A stretch of DNA of 62,921 bases, filler included, from Octopus bimaculoides (GCF_001194135.2; 5 parts of 5 records of this genome joined end to end with filler, not necessarily neighbours in it); one strand, 5' to 3'; positions 48,971 to 61,369 are shown, counted from the first letter of the whole stretch. Notes: generated from the sequence alone by a model not told the origin. Program-made: numbers and translations.

Positions 48971-51900
48971 CCTCAATGATCTCCATAGAATGTTTTACCT
49001 TTAGCAATGTTAAACATTTAGAAAGAAATCCAGTTTCATTTTAATATGAATCACTGACATTTAAACAACGTTCATTCGCTGCTCGTTTCGCTTTTCATTC
49101 CACCTTCACACCCCTTTATACCTAATTATTCTACCGATTAAGACCCTTATTCTACACTTTATCACATTTATATCTATCGTTTCCCTTATATTTTACATTA
49201 TTTTATGATTGAAAATGTATAAATTTGTTCGCTTCTTTACGTGTTTGTTTATTTGCGATTTTTCGAGAGAAAAGGGATTTCTTTTTAACCGATTGAGAGT
49301 AACAAACGGTATTTGTATGATCAAAAGAACTATCGATCGAAAATTTAGTTGAGTGAATGAGAAATTTTATAAAACACTCTGACACATACACTCTGACACA
49401 TACGTAGACACACGGATGCATGCCATATAAAGACTTGCGATGTCTGAACGTGCCTATTTTGTAATAAAAAACACTAGAAAGGTATAATTTAATTTCAAAA
49501 GCATATATATTAATACATTTACTAATCTGAACTTATTTATGTCATTTCCTGTATTAATCATGAAAGCTTTAGAGAGATGTAGATCTGTTTTACGAGCAGG
49601 TGTCTTTAATACAGAAAACAAAATCCAATAAAACAAAAATAATTGGTAACAGTATTCCCATTAACTCAACTTGTGCAAAGACAAGAAATGAAAACAAAAA
49701 AACAACAGCTTTATAAGAAGTTAGTGGAACAAAATTATTCTTTAGAACGAGCTGTTATGTTAGGCAGCTTTCATCTTTGGAAATGAAGAAACCTTTCCAT
49801 GTCAGAGGCTTTTAGGAAAGTATTTGTCGATGAGTTTAGCCTTCTACATATTTAGCAGGTGGTCAGCTAGCAATATTACCGTTTCACTAATGGTAAATGA
49901 TTAATCGCTGAATTATAATCTGTTGAAATGTTGGCCGACACCTATTTAACGCTTCAATATTTTACACATTAATTAACTTTTAAAATGTAAATAACATTCT
50001 GGTTAAATGCATTATTTATCGGGGAAAGTTGATGGAGCTTTATGCAAGTAGTGCCCACACCAGATGTCTACTAATCGCTCCTAATATTGCATTAATTTTC
50101 ATCCGTGTGTCAATTTTAGGCATTTTTACGTAAACCTAAAAACTATATGTTTTATTTCTAACATGGAGTTTCAAATATAAGAGCATAAAATTGAGCAAAG
50201 TTGTTGTTTTGGGGATTTTTATTATTTTATTATTTTTATTTATTTATTTATTTTGTTGCTAAACGTTACATCAGACAAATCAAAGCTTAACAGTTTAAAA
50301 TAATATAAGGTCTGAGTTAAAGATATTCCACATATTTACGATTGAACGGCAACATCTTTAGTTGATATGTTTTAGAATTAAAATATTCAGTGGGTTTAAA
50401 TAGCAATTAATGGTGTAGAAAATAAACGTTAACTCTTATACTTTTCGTATAAAATAGTCAACCCTGCACCCGTTGACTTATTCATTTTGGTATAAGTTAC
50501 GCCTCGCTAAAGTGACACTTAATGCAAAATGATTTTAATTAAACACTAAAAGTAACTGAAACCTTGCTTCTGCCATATATATCACAGTATCGAGATGTAA
50601 TTTTATCAACAATCGCTATTTACAGTTACGTAGATAAAATATAGAGTTACTGTATTTGTAATGATTACGACGCAGTGCTTTGTTTGGAATGCATATCGAG
50701 AAGCGAGAGAATCTTTAGAGATGCCTAATGACCAACACTTCTAACGCTTCTACGACTGTCATTCCTCGTATAGTAACTAATATAGCAATACATGATATAA
50801 ATATAATAACGCATTACTAAAAGAAGGTAGTAGAAATTGTAGTTCTTAAAAAGAGAGATAAAGTCGCGAAATATATTTTTAATCTAATACAACTAGCTCA
50901 GTAATGTGAATGATAAACTTTTAATTTTGCAATTTCCTCAATTCTATAGGGTTGGCAACCAGCTAACAGATATCTCTTATTATTATAAATCATGAAATTT
51001 GATTCTCTTGTAATTTATTTCTCATAACTAGATAGAAAAACAAACTTTGTTGAGTGGAGATTTTATGGCCGACTATATACAGCATTATTTGTATAAAAAG
51101 ATTTTATCAGGCCAATCTTACATACCTAGTTTTTATCAAACTGTCCAAGAAGAATTAATGGCAAAATATGAAACTACAGAAGGGGAGGTGGAGAAGCTTG
51201 CATTTGAAATGCTTTTGTGAAAAGCTCAGTCTATTATTTCTGATACATTTGATGGTTCATGGATAATTATCCATATGGCTTTTGCCTTATCTCTAGTTCT
51301 TGTTGATAACAGTTTATTCGGATTGGAGTCTGTTCTAATGTAGGCAGATTTTCCTACAGAATGAATTGAACTTGGAACTATAAGATAAAGAACTCGTATA
51401 TGCTGTCACTGTATGAAGTGGTAAGTTGTATCCGTTCTAAAGTATTTTCAAATAACTGAGCAGAAGATTCCAGCCCGCCCGCAAACAAAATTCAGTGTCG
51501 AGTACACGATCTCGAGAGTACGAGACTGTTTGGATGGGTACACCCAACGTTATCTCCTTTATCTGGTAGTAAATTCAGTTGACAGTATTTCAATTGAAAA
51601 ACTGCTCGAATTTCTTCTATAGAAACTGTCCCACCGGTATTTACTGCCAAATAAGACCAAATATTCTATAAGCTGAATAAAGATTCCATTTAAGTTTTTG
51701 GAAATGGTAAATTTAACAGATTCCTGATAAGACAGAGAATTGTCGAGATTGGGTAAAGAGAACGAAACCATAGAAAGTCGTGAATAAAGCAAAGACATAA
51801 CAACGAATATTTAATCCGATTAGCGAGGTTATAATATTTCAGGTTAAGTTTTCGACCATTAAAGACAATTATGAATAATTGTTCATTATCGACAAGGAAG

Positions 51901-52069
51901 TGATCAATTAAGAAGGAATGTGAACAATGTATTTCTAGTGTTTGAATTCTGATTTCGCTTGAAATGCTCTATAAAGCCGTCTTATCACATAACTGGGTAA
52001 TTTATTTTACCTTTAAATTGTCTGCACCAATGATATGAAAACGAACGCGAACCAACGAAGTGAGGCATC

Positions 52070-52420
52070 GTGTAACTGGTCGCTCGATCTACTAGAAATA
52101 GCAGCTAAGACTCCTCTAAATTTCCATCTTAAAAAAAGGCAAAAATGTTGAACACAGTAATTCTAAATATATTATATCTAAAAGAAAAATGGATTAGTCG
52201 CGACTCTGGAATGTTTTTTATCATAGTCTAGCCTAATGAAAGTTGGCGTAGAGCTAAATAACATAAACGAATCGAAATGCTACAAATAGCAGCTAAACTC
52301 CATCCTTCTGCATTAAAAAAAAAAAGATGCATTATATCTGGGTAAATCGGTAAGCTTGTCAAGGATGAAATGCCTTTGATCATAAGTATAGCTGATCAGA
52401 GCTGCAATTATACGGCACCA
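52070..52420 (+). repeat. Dispersed repeat family C, two tandem partial copies
   Basis: ctagaaatagcagctaa... repeated at ~52092 and ~52280; ends gaaatgcctttgatcata...gatcagagctg. Confidence 0.6.
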
Positions 52421-52729
52421 TGGCGGGAATAATAAACCAGAATATTGGCTTCTACCCTACTAGATTCTTGGTATAATTTGTATTGAATTATTTAAGTAAT
52501 CTAGGGAGAATCATTATGCCAATATTATTAACACATGTACACGTTCAGTTCCACTCTTTTATCATTAGTCAATTGGTTGAATATCCAATTAACCAATTGA
52601 TTAATAACAAGGGAATGGAAATACACCAGTGCGTGTGTTAATAATATTGACAGACTGATTCTCCCTAGACACGCAGTTTGTTTCTACACACGAATTCACA
52701 TAAACCAGATACAAAGAATTTAATAACAT

Positions 52730-52905
52730 ACAGCTTCGGATGCTGGCATGGACATGTGGCAAGAACTTTGATTCCCAACAACATGGTTCTAGGTTCAATT
52801 CCACGTATGACACATTGGGCGAGTGTCTTCCATTATTATCGTCCCGGGCCGACCAGAGCTTTGCGAATGGATTTGGTTGTGGATTTTAGAGAAATTAAAA
52901 GATTG

Positions 52906-52910
<5 letters not shown>
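52730..52910 (+). mobile_element. SINE family A head/body
   Basis: cccaacaacatggttctaggttcaattccac...ttgggcgagtgtcttc...gggccgacca. Confidence 0.7.
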
Positions 52911-52941
<31 letters not shown>

Positions 52942-52958
52942 TTTATCCTTGATTATAA

Positions 52959-53008
<50 letters not shown>

Positions 53009-53239
53009 TAAGCGAATATACCAACCATTTGAAACCAACCTGCCTCCATTGTATGGATATAGCAGTGAATATCTAAGTATGCACAGAATATATAACAAAA
53101 AACACTAAAATAAGCACATTACCAATGGAATTTATGAATTTCAATGTCAGCATTGCTTATTTTCAAAAAATCTGTCATACAGAATACCAAAATTGAACAA
53201 AAAAAACATCTCCAATAAAACAAATATATATATACCCCG

Positions 53240-53304
53240 TTATTATTATTATTATCATCATCATCATCATTATTGTTATCATTATCATTATTATTATTAT
53301 CATT

Positions 53305-53390
<86 letters not shown>

Positions 53391-53415
53391 TATTATTACT
53401 ATTATTATTATTATT
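53240..53415. repeat. (TAT/CAT)n compound microsatellite
   Basis: Direct reading. Confidence 0.95.
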
Positions 53416-53570
53416 CGCTCGTCTTTACGTTCAGAGTTAAAATTCCGCAGAGGTCGACTTTACCTTTCGTTCTTTCAGAGTCGATGAAATAAGTACCAGT
53501 TGAGTACTGTGGTCAATGTAATCAACATACCCACTCCCCCAAAATTTCAGGCCTTGTGCCTATAGTAGAA
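53410..53570 (+). mobile_element. SINE family B
   Basis: aaattccgcagaggtcgactttacctttcgttctttcagagtcgatgaaataagtaccag...ggccttgtgcctatagtagaaac. Confidence 0.75.
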
Positions 53571-53573
53571 ACA

Positions 53574-53604
<31 letters not shown>

Positions 53605-53619
53605 TAATCATTATTATCA

Positions 53620-54080
53620 TGGAGTGAGAGATCAGCACATGCGTCACAACCGTATATGTGTGACATGGTGATCTCATACCAAGATAAACAGCACATGACC
53701 TTGCAGGTGGGACCCAGTTAGAATTTTCTTCAAGTCGAGTAGCCCATCCCGCTCAAAAGGTCCCTGTATAAGGTTTGCTTAAAGATAATGAACGAAACAC
53801 CCATGTTTCCAGAGATGGTTTATTAAAACCCCAAAGAATTTCTCAAGACATGGCTATGATGCTCTCCAACCACTCCTGCTCGTGATCAGAGACGCACATA
53901 TCGTCAGCCACTAAGGGACATGCCCAACTGATTAACGTCAAGCAAATGGCAAGAAAATTTGTTGTATTGAGAAGAATATTTGCTGTAGCTCATCTTTTAT
54001 ACCAAGGCAAATTATGATAACAGTTCCAATCAATTAAAATTAGAAGCCATGAGACTTACTGCCTGGTACTGCATCAAGGC
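53620..54080 (-). repeat. Dispersed repeat, probable SINE or LINE 3' end
   Basis: Mixed-sequence block bounded by (TAT)n runs, with a structured tail; the family is not assigned. Confidence 0.35.
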
Positions 54081-54145
<65 letters not shown>

Positions 54146-54146
54146 G

Positions 54147-54246
54147 NNNNNNNNNNNNNNNNNNNNNNNNNNNNNNNNNNNNNNNNNNNNTTAATTAATT
54201 AANNNNNNNNNNNNNNNNNNNNNNNNNNNNNNNNNNNNNNNNNNNN
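54147..54246. other. Artificial scaffold join
   Basis: 44 N + TTAATTAATTAA + 44 N. Confidence 0.95.
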
Positions 54247-54420
54247 GTGGGGTGGGGTGGGGGTAAGATGACTGCATCAACCCCAGTGCTTGACTGCTAC
54301 TTATTTTCTTGACCCAGAAAGGATGAAAGACAAAGTCGACATTGGCAGAATTTGAACTCAGATCATTAAGATAGATGAAATGTTGCAAAGCATTTTGTCT
54401 GGCATTGTCTTTTGCATTTG
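54247..54420 (-). mobile_element. SINE family B
   Basis: gaaaggatgaaagacaaagtcgacattggcagaatttgaactcaga. Confidence 0.7.
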
Positions 54421-54429
54421 ATTTGCTAT

Positions 54430-54585
54430 ATACAGGCTTCCACACAGTTTCCATTTATTGAACTTACAAGGCACTGGTTGGTCTGGAACTATAGTAGTAG
54501 ACACTTGCCCAAGGTGCCACACAGGGAGTCTGAACCCAAATACCTGTATGGTTGGGAAGCAAGCTTCTAACCCACACCAGCCAGT
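54430..54585 (-). mobile_element. SINE family A head/body
   Basis: gacacttgcccaaggtgccac...ctgaaccc...tggttgggaagcaagcttct. Confidence 0.75.
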
Positions 54586-54852
54586 GGAGGCGCAATGGCA
54601 CAGTGGTTAGGGCAGCGGACTCGCGGTCATAGGATCGCGGTTTCGACTCCCAGACCGGGTGTTGTGAGTGTTTATTGAGCGAAAACACCTAAAGCTCCAC
54701 AAGGCTCTGGCAGGGGATGGTGGCGAACCCTGCTGTACTCTTCCACCACAACTTTCTCTCTCTCTTACTTCCTGTTTCTGTTGTGCCTGTAATTGAAAGG
54801 GTCAGCCTTGTCACACTGTGTCACACTGAATATCCCTGAGAACTACGTTAAG
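54586..54852 (+). mobile_element. tRNA-Arg(TCG)-like SINE with intact Pol III boxes (runs into gap)
   Basis: A-box TGGCACAGTGG (54596-54606), anticodon-like GAC-TCG-CGGTC, B-box GTTTCGACTCC (54640-54650), followed by a non-tRNA body. Confidence 0.8.
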
Positions 54853-56449
54853 NNNNNNNNNNNNNNNNNNNNNNNNNNNNNNNNNNNNNNNNNNNNNNNN
54901 NNNNNNNNNNNNNNNNNNNNNNNNNNNNNNNNNNNNNNNNNNNNNNNNNNNNNNNNNNNNNNNNNNNNNNNNNNNNNNNNNNNNNNNNNNNNNNNNNNNN
55001 NNNNNNNNNNNNNNNNNNNNNNNNNNNNNNNNNNNNNNNNNNNNNNNNNNNNNNNNNNNNNNNNNNNNNNNNNNNNNNNNNNNNNNNNNNNNNNNNNNNN
55101 NNNNNNNNNNNNNNNNNNNNNNNNNNNNNNNNNNNNNNNNNNNNNNNNNNNNNNNNNNNNNNNNNNNNNNNNNNNNNNNNNNNNNNNNNNNNNNNNNNNN
55201 NNNNNNNNNNNNNNNNNNNNNNNNNNNNNNNNNNNNNNNNNNNNNNNNNNNNNNNNNNNNNNNNNNNNNNNNNNNNNNNNNNNNNNNNNNNNNNNNNNNN
55301 NNNNNNNNNNNNNNNNNNNNNNNNNNNNNNNNNNNNNNNNNNNNNNNNNNNNNNNNNNNNNNNNNNNNNNNNNNNNNNNNNNNNNNNNNNNNNNNNNNNN
55401 NNNNNNNNNNNNNNNNNNNNNNNNNNNNNNNNNNNNNNNNNNNNNNNNNNNNNNNNNNNNNNNNNNNNNNNNNNNNNNNNNNNNNNNNNNNNNNNNNNNN
55501 NNNNNNNNNNNNNNNNNNNNNNNNNNNNNNNNNNNNNNNNNNNNNNNNNNNNNNNNNNNNNNNNNNNNNNNNNNNNNNNNNNNNNNNNNNNNNNNNNNNN
55601 NNNNNNNNNNNNNNNNNNNNNNNNNNNNNNNNNNNNNNNNNNNNNNNNNNNNNNNNNNNNNNNNNNNNNNNNNNNNNNNNNNNNNNNNNNNNNNNNNNNN
55701 NNNNNNNNNNNNNNNNNNNNNNNNNNNNNNNNNNNNNCATATTTTGATTCGTTTAAACCGTTGTGGAATTACTAGTAGAGGTTTTTACAAATGAAAGAAC
55801 TATTTGTAGCGATTTTTTGTTTATTTAATTTTTCTTCTTTTTTTTTGTAATGTAAGGGACAGACTGACAGAGAGAGAGAGAGAGTGGGGGTTTTAGGAAG
55901 GATATAGTGGAGTAAAGTGACCTCCTGGCTCCATCACCACCACCATCATCACACCCCCACCATCAGTATGTTAATGATAATTGCTGGTTTAGCTTGACTG
56001 TCCCTTGAGATGGGGTTGAGATGGGTTTAGGGACAATGAAAGGCCAAGTGAAATCACACACACACACACACGCATGCATGCATTTTCTCTCTGTCCAAAG
56101 AGAGATTTGAATTTTGGAAAAGTAGGGGATTGAAAAAAAAAAAAGAAAAAGGGATACCAAATAGTAAAGGCATGTCACCCTAAGATCTCATTGCCCTTGT
56201 ATACTAAAAAAAAGGGGAGGTTTAAGATAGAATTCACAGATGTTTTGGGATGTGTCATCAGTGATGTTTCTGATGCTTCAAGACTGTCGACACTAGACAC
56301 CCCCTCCCTTACCCCGTTGACTGACCCAAATGAGGATTGATGAAGTCCCATCTTGCAACCCAGCAACAACAAACCACTTGTCTGCCCAAAGAAGGATTTG
56401 AACTTGAGCAAATTAGGGGACTAGAAGCAAAGACCAAAAACTTGCAGTC

Positions 56450-56636
56450 AAACTACTCTCTTTTACTTGTTTCTGCAGCTATGCTGGAGCACGGCCTTTT
56501 AGTCGAGCAAATTGACCCCAGGACTTATTCTTTGTAAGCCTAGTACTTAATCTATCGGTCTCTTTTTTGCCGAACTGCTAAGTTACGGGGACGTAAACAC
56601 ACCAGCATCGGTTGTCAAGCGATGGTGGGGGGACAA

Positions 56637-56677
<41 letters not shown>

Positions 56678-56699
56678 TATATACGACGGGCTTCTTTCA
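56450..56699 (-). mobile_element. SINE family A tail/body
   Basis: atgctggagcac...gtcgagcaaattgacccc...gctaagttacggggacgtaaacacaccagcatcggttgtcaagcgatgg...cgacgggcttctttca. Confidence 0.85.
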
Positions 56700-57816
56700 N
56701 NNNNNNNNNNNNNNNNNNNNNNNNNNNNNNNNNNNNNNNNNNNNNNNNNNNNNNNNNNNNNNNNNNNNNNNNNNNNNNNNNNNNNNNNNNNNNNNNNNNN
56801 NNNNNNNNNNNNNNNNNNNNNNNNNNNNNNNNNNNNNNNNNNNNNNNNNNNNNNNNNNNNNNNNNNNNNNNNNNNNNNNNNNNNNNNNNNNNNNNNNNNN
56901 NNNNNNNNNNNNNNNNNNNNNNNNNNNNNNNNNNNNNNNNNNNNNNNNNNNNNNNNNNNNNNNNNNNNNNNNNNNNNNNNNNNNNNNNNNNNNNNNNNNN
57001 NNNNNNNNNNNNNNNNNNNNNNNNNNNNNNNNNNNNNNNNNNNNNNNNNNNNNNNNNNNNNNNNNNNNNNNNNNNNNNNNNNNNNNNNNNNNNNNNNNNN
57101 NNNNNNNNNNNNNNNNNNNNNNNNNNNNNNNNNNNNNNNNNNNNNNNNNNNNNNNNNNNNNNNNNNNNNNNNNNNNNNNNNNNNNNNNNNNNNNNNNNNN
57201 NNNNNNNNNNNNNNNNNNNNNNNNNNNNNNNNNNNNNNNNNNNNNNNNNNNNNNNNNNNNNNNNNNNNNNNNNNNNNNNNNNNNNNNNNNNNNNNNNNNN
57301 NNNNNNNNNNNNNNNNNNNNNNNNNNNNNNNNNNNNNNNNNNNNNNNNNNNNNNNNNNNNNNNNNNNNNNNNNNNNNNNNNNNNNNNNNNNNNNNNNNNN
57401 NNNNNNNNNNNNNNNNNNNNNNNNNNNNNNNTATATATATATAGTGTGTGTGTTGCTGTTGCATTTTTCTGTTACCTTATTAGTCTGTTAGGACAGCAGT
57501 AATGACTATAATAACTGCTTATTAATTAAGTGAAAGCAGTTAACTGAGGAGCTAAACTCTAATTATGGTATAAGTGGTAATGGTGAGGGGGGGGGGTGAA
57601 ATTCGGCAACCTTATTGTAGCACATGGAGGAACTAAATCTCAGTACTCCAAATTATTAACAAAAACAAAAGAACTGACAGTGCATCGCTTTCTGAAATGC
57701 TTCACAGCAACGCCTCCATGTGGTACATATTTACAATTAAATGAACTGTCGATTTTTACTTAACTATGAGGAATAACCTCACCCAGCCCCACCTCCAGTC
57801 ATTCAATGGCTATGTA

Positions 57817-58205
57817 CTAGTTGCACCACCCCACAGTGCCTATTTACAAGTAAATGCACTGAGACAGTGAGAGTTGATCTTGAGGAACACAGTGCAGCTC
57901 ATCTTTCATTAGATAAACTGACAACTCTTAAAGTATGATGGTAATGTTCCTATTCAACAATTATTCATTGCCCATCTGCTAGTTGTACCTATTTACAAGT
58001 AAATGCACTGAGCCAGTGAGAGTTGATCTTAGAGGAACATAGTGCAGCTCATCTTTCAGTAGATAACCAGACTGATGGCTCTTAGGCATGGTGAGAAACA
58101 CCCCCACCCAACAATTGCCTATTTGCTAGTTGTACTGCCACACACTACCTATTTACAAGTAGATGCACTGAGCTAGTGAGAGGTAAAGTAATCTTTGCTC
58201 AATAG
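57817..58205. repeat. Tandem triplication, ~150-160-bp unit
   Basis: Units start with ctagttg at 57817, 57979 and 58126 and share cctatttacaagta(a/g)atgcactgag(a/c)(c/t)agtgagag; units 1 and 2 also share gttgatctt..gaggaaca.agtgcagctcatctttca.tagataa. Confidence 0.9.
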
Positions 58206-58980
58206 ATATCAAATTATTGACTCTAATTTTTGCACAGTGGGTCCATAACTCCCTAATCATCACTTACATGCCAGTAGTAAAGCCTCTTAATAATTAAAAA
58301 ATAAGAAATTTCTATCACCCCTTAGAAAGAATTTTGCTTAATTTACAAATCTCTCTCTCTCCATTGTTTATTAAATCTCCACTCTCTCTCTCTCATATAT
58401 ATACATATATATATAAAAGAAAATTGAAGTTTAATTATTTTCACAAGGCAGTTCTCCTTCATCCATTCATCATCGAAGGAGCAATTTAATTACAATGACT
58501 CATCAGTGTTCATGATATATATATATAGATTTATATACACACACATATATATACCATTTTTTGTGTTTGTATGTAACATGTATGTAGATGTAAATGGAAA
58601 TGAATAAAAAACAATTTTTTAATCAACTAAAAAAAAAAGAAAGGCTAAAAAAATATATAAATGGTAGAAAATATTAAAAAAAACAATTCAAAATAAAGAA
58701 AATAAATTTTGAACTGAACCCTGAAAGAACAGAATTTATATATATTTTTTAGGGATTAATCGGTGGGTATGCAGGAGGGAGGAACGGAGGGTTTTTTAAA
58801 TTTTTTATTTGCTGGACCCAACAGTGTTTATATATATATATATATATATAGTGTTTTTGATTGATTTTCTTTGATTGATTGATTGGTTATTATGATAATT
58901 TGATTTTGACCTTTTTTTTTGTTTTATAATTTTTTTTTTTGAAAATTTTTTTTTCCTGATATTTTGAAAGAATGGTGGTG

Positions 58981-59080
58981 NNNNNNNNNNNNNNNNNNNN
59001 NNNNNNNNNNNNNNNNNNNNNNNNTTAATTAATTAANNNNNNNNNNNNNNNNNNNNNNNNNNNNNNNNNNNNNNNNNNNN
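58981..59080. other. Artificial scaffold join
   Basis: 44 N + TTAATTAATTAA + 44 N. Confidence 0.95.
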
Positions 59081-59394
59081 GTGTGTATGTATATCTATCT
59101 ATCTATATCTATATCTATCGATATATATATATGTGTATGTATAAAAGAAGAAATAGAAAATGGAGATTGGAAAGTTACTAATTGTTTATTATTAGCAACA
59201 AATCAAACATCATCCCTTACAACTGTTTCAATTAATACTCAGTGAATTAAAATATTAAATTCATATGACCTGAGTATAATATCTTCAGAGGAAAAGAAAT
59301 ATACCCTTGGATGAACCAGTATTTCTTTGGATGAAACCATCCCTTCATGAAGCTAACACAACTTCTAATCGACTCCTTGTTTCTTTCTGTGTTC

Positions 59395-59430
59395 CTTTCT
59401 GTGGAAGAGCGTAGGCTCGAAACGTTAAAA
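59395..59430 (+). ncRNA. Hammerhead-like motif with variant core
   Basis: CTTT-CTGTGGAA-GAGC-GTAG-GCTC-GAAAC-GTT-AAAA; same family as 27740-27775. Confidence 0.4.
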
Positions 59431-59520
59431 ACTCTTTCAATTCCCGAGCGTTATACTAATACATCTATTTGTTTTCTACACCACCTGTCTTCGTCTGTTT
59501 TTTTTGTTGTGAATTCTCCC

Positions 59521-59556
<36 letters not shown>

Positions 59557-59559
59557 TAG

Positions 59560-59925
59560 TAGAAAACATTTGCCCAAAGTGCCACGCAGTGGGACTGAAC
59601 TCGGAACCATATGATAGGCAAGCAAACTTCTTACTTCACAGCCGCACCTGTAAAAATTAAAGAGGAAGAGGAAGTAGTGCAAAATAAAGAATGAAAGACG
59701 GAGGGGAAAATTGTAAGAACGAAAAGTTGAAATGAAGAGGGAATTGTTCTCAAAATAATTTCAAATGTATGGCTGTGTAGTTAAGAAGCTCGCTTTGCAA
59801 CCGTGTGGTTTCGTTCAATCCCACCACGCGGTATCTGATGCTAGTGTCTTCTCCTGTAGCTCCTGACCGACCAAAGCCAAGGGAGTGAATTTGATTGAGA
59901 GAAACTTTGTAGAAGTCAGTCGTGT
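59560..59925. mobile_element. Two SINE family A heads (59560-59650 minus; 59768-59925 plus)
   Basis: gcagtgggactgaactcggaaccat (minus); tggctgtgtagttaagaagc...gttcaatcccacc (plus). Confidence 0.7.
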
Positions 59926-60454
59926 GTGTGTGTGTGTGTGTGTGTGNNNNNNNNNNNNNNNNNNNNNNNNNNNNNNNNNNNNNNNNNNNNNNNNNNNNNN
60001 NNNNNNNNNNNNNNNNNNNNNNNNNNNNNNNNNNNNNNNNNNNNNNNNNNNNNNNNNNNNNNNNNNNNNNNNNNNNNNNNNNNNNNNNNNNNNNNNNNNN
60101 NNNNNNNNNNNNNNNNNNNNNNNNNNNNNNNNNNNNNNNNNNNNNNNNNNNNNNNNNNNNNNNNNNNNNNNNNNNNNNNNNNNNNNNNNNNNNNNNNNNN
60201 NNNNNNNNNNNNNNNNNNNNNNNNNNNNNNNNNNNNNNNNNNNNNNNNNNNNNNNNNNNNNNNNNNNNNNNNNNNNNNNNNNNNNNNNNNNNNNNNNNNN
60301 NNNNNNNNNNNNNNNNNNNNNNNCCAAAATGGTGCCGCCCCCATAAAAGCGTATCATGCGACTAAAAGTCTAAGTAAAATAAAATATCATTCGACTTAAA
60401 AATCGTTTTTTTTTACTCCCCTCAATTAAAAAGTGTTTGCGATTTCCACTTCTC

Positions 60455-60635
60455 CATTTGACAACTGGTGTTGGTTTGTCTACATCTTCGTAACTTAGCG
60501 GTTTGGCATAAGACGAGATCGATCGAATAAGTAACAAACTTTAAAAATATGCTAATGTCATCGATTTGTGTGACTAACTCCTTGAAAGGCGCTGCTCCAG
60601 TATGGCTGCAGTCCAATGACTGAAGACAGTTAAAA
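60455..60635 (+). mobile_element. SINE family A tail
   Basis: gtaacttagcggtttggca...ggcgctgctccagtatggctgcagtccaatgactgaa. Confidence 0.7.
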
Positions 60636-61369
60636 AGATTATGAGATGTAAAATGGAAATCAAGACTATTGATAAAATTTGAAGAATGGAAAGAAACTAT
60701 GTAAAAAAATACAAGATGTAAATGTTGAATAAACACGATAATTAAAAAAAATAAGAAAAATTTACGAAAGAAGGAAATATCGAATGAAAAAGAAAGAAAT
60801 GTAAACAAAAGGAAAAACGGAAAGAAAGAAAATGGAGGCAAGATGTTACAATTGAAAATAAGCTGAGTCTGTAATGATGGACGCTGAACAAAAGAGAGGG
60901 AAAATGCAGACGAGAAGAAAAATTGATGATAAACAGAACGAGAAGATAGGAGAAATAACATTTAGGAAAGAGATCAAGGAAAGAGGAGAAAGAATTGAAA
61001 TATTGGAAGAAATAAAGAAGAAAAAACCCAGAGAATAACTGAATATTAAGTGTGAACAAGCATGCGATGAAATCTAAGATTGGTTGATTTATGCAGACGA
61101 CACGGAGATAAAGCTCTCGTCTGACATCCTCTTAGCTTGCAAGTCAACAACGTTATTTAATATGGATAACGCTGGACATGACATATTTTGGTGTTCATGA
61201 TAACTTAGAGAGCAAGGCGGATATAAAGTCTAACTAAGCGCAGCAGCTGCAACAACAATGACTGGAACAACAACATCAACAACTACGATGCATTTGTTAT
61301 GCAGAAGTGACGGCGGCGGCGGCGGCTGCGACGGTAGAAACAATGACACCAGCGAGTAAACAAGAGAAC

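Noticed and set aside
54586-54660. tRNA-Arg gene
   Set aside because: No complementary acceptor stem, and it continues into a SINE body; treated as a SINE head.
57817-58205. CRISPR-like repeat-spacer array
   Set aside because: Eukaryotic context, only three long diverged units, the linkers are homologous rather than unique spacers, and there are no cas genes.
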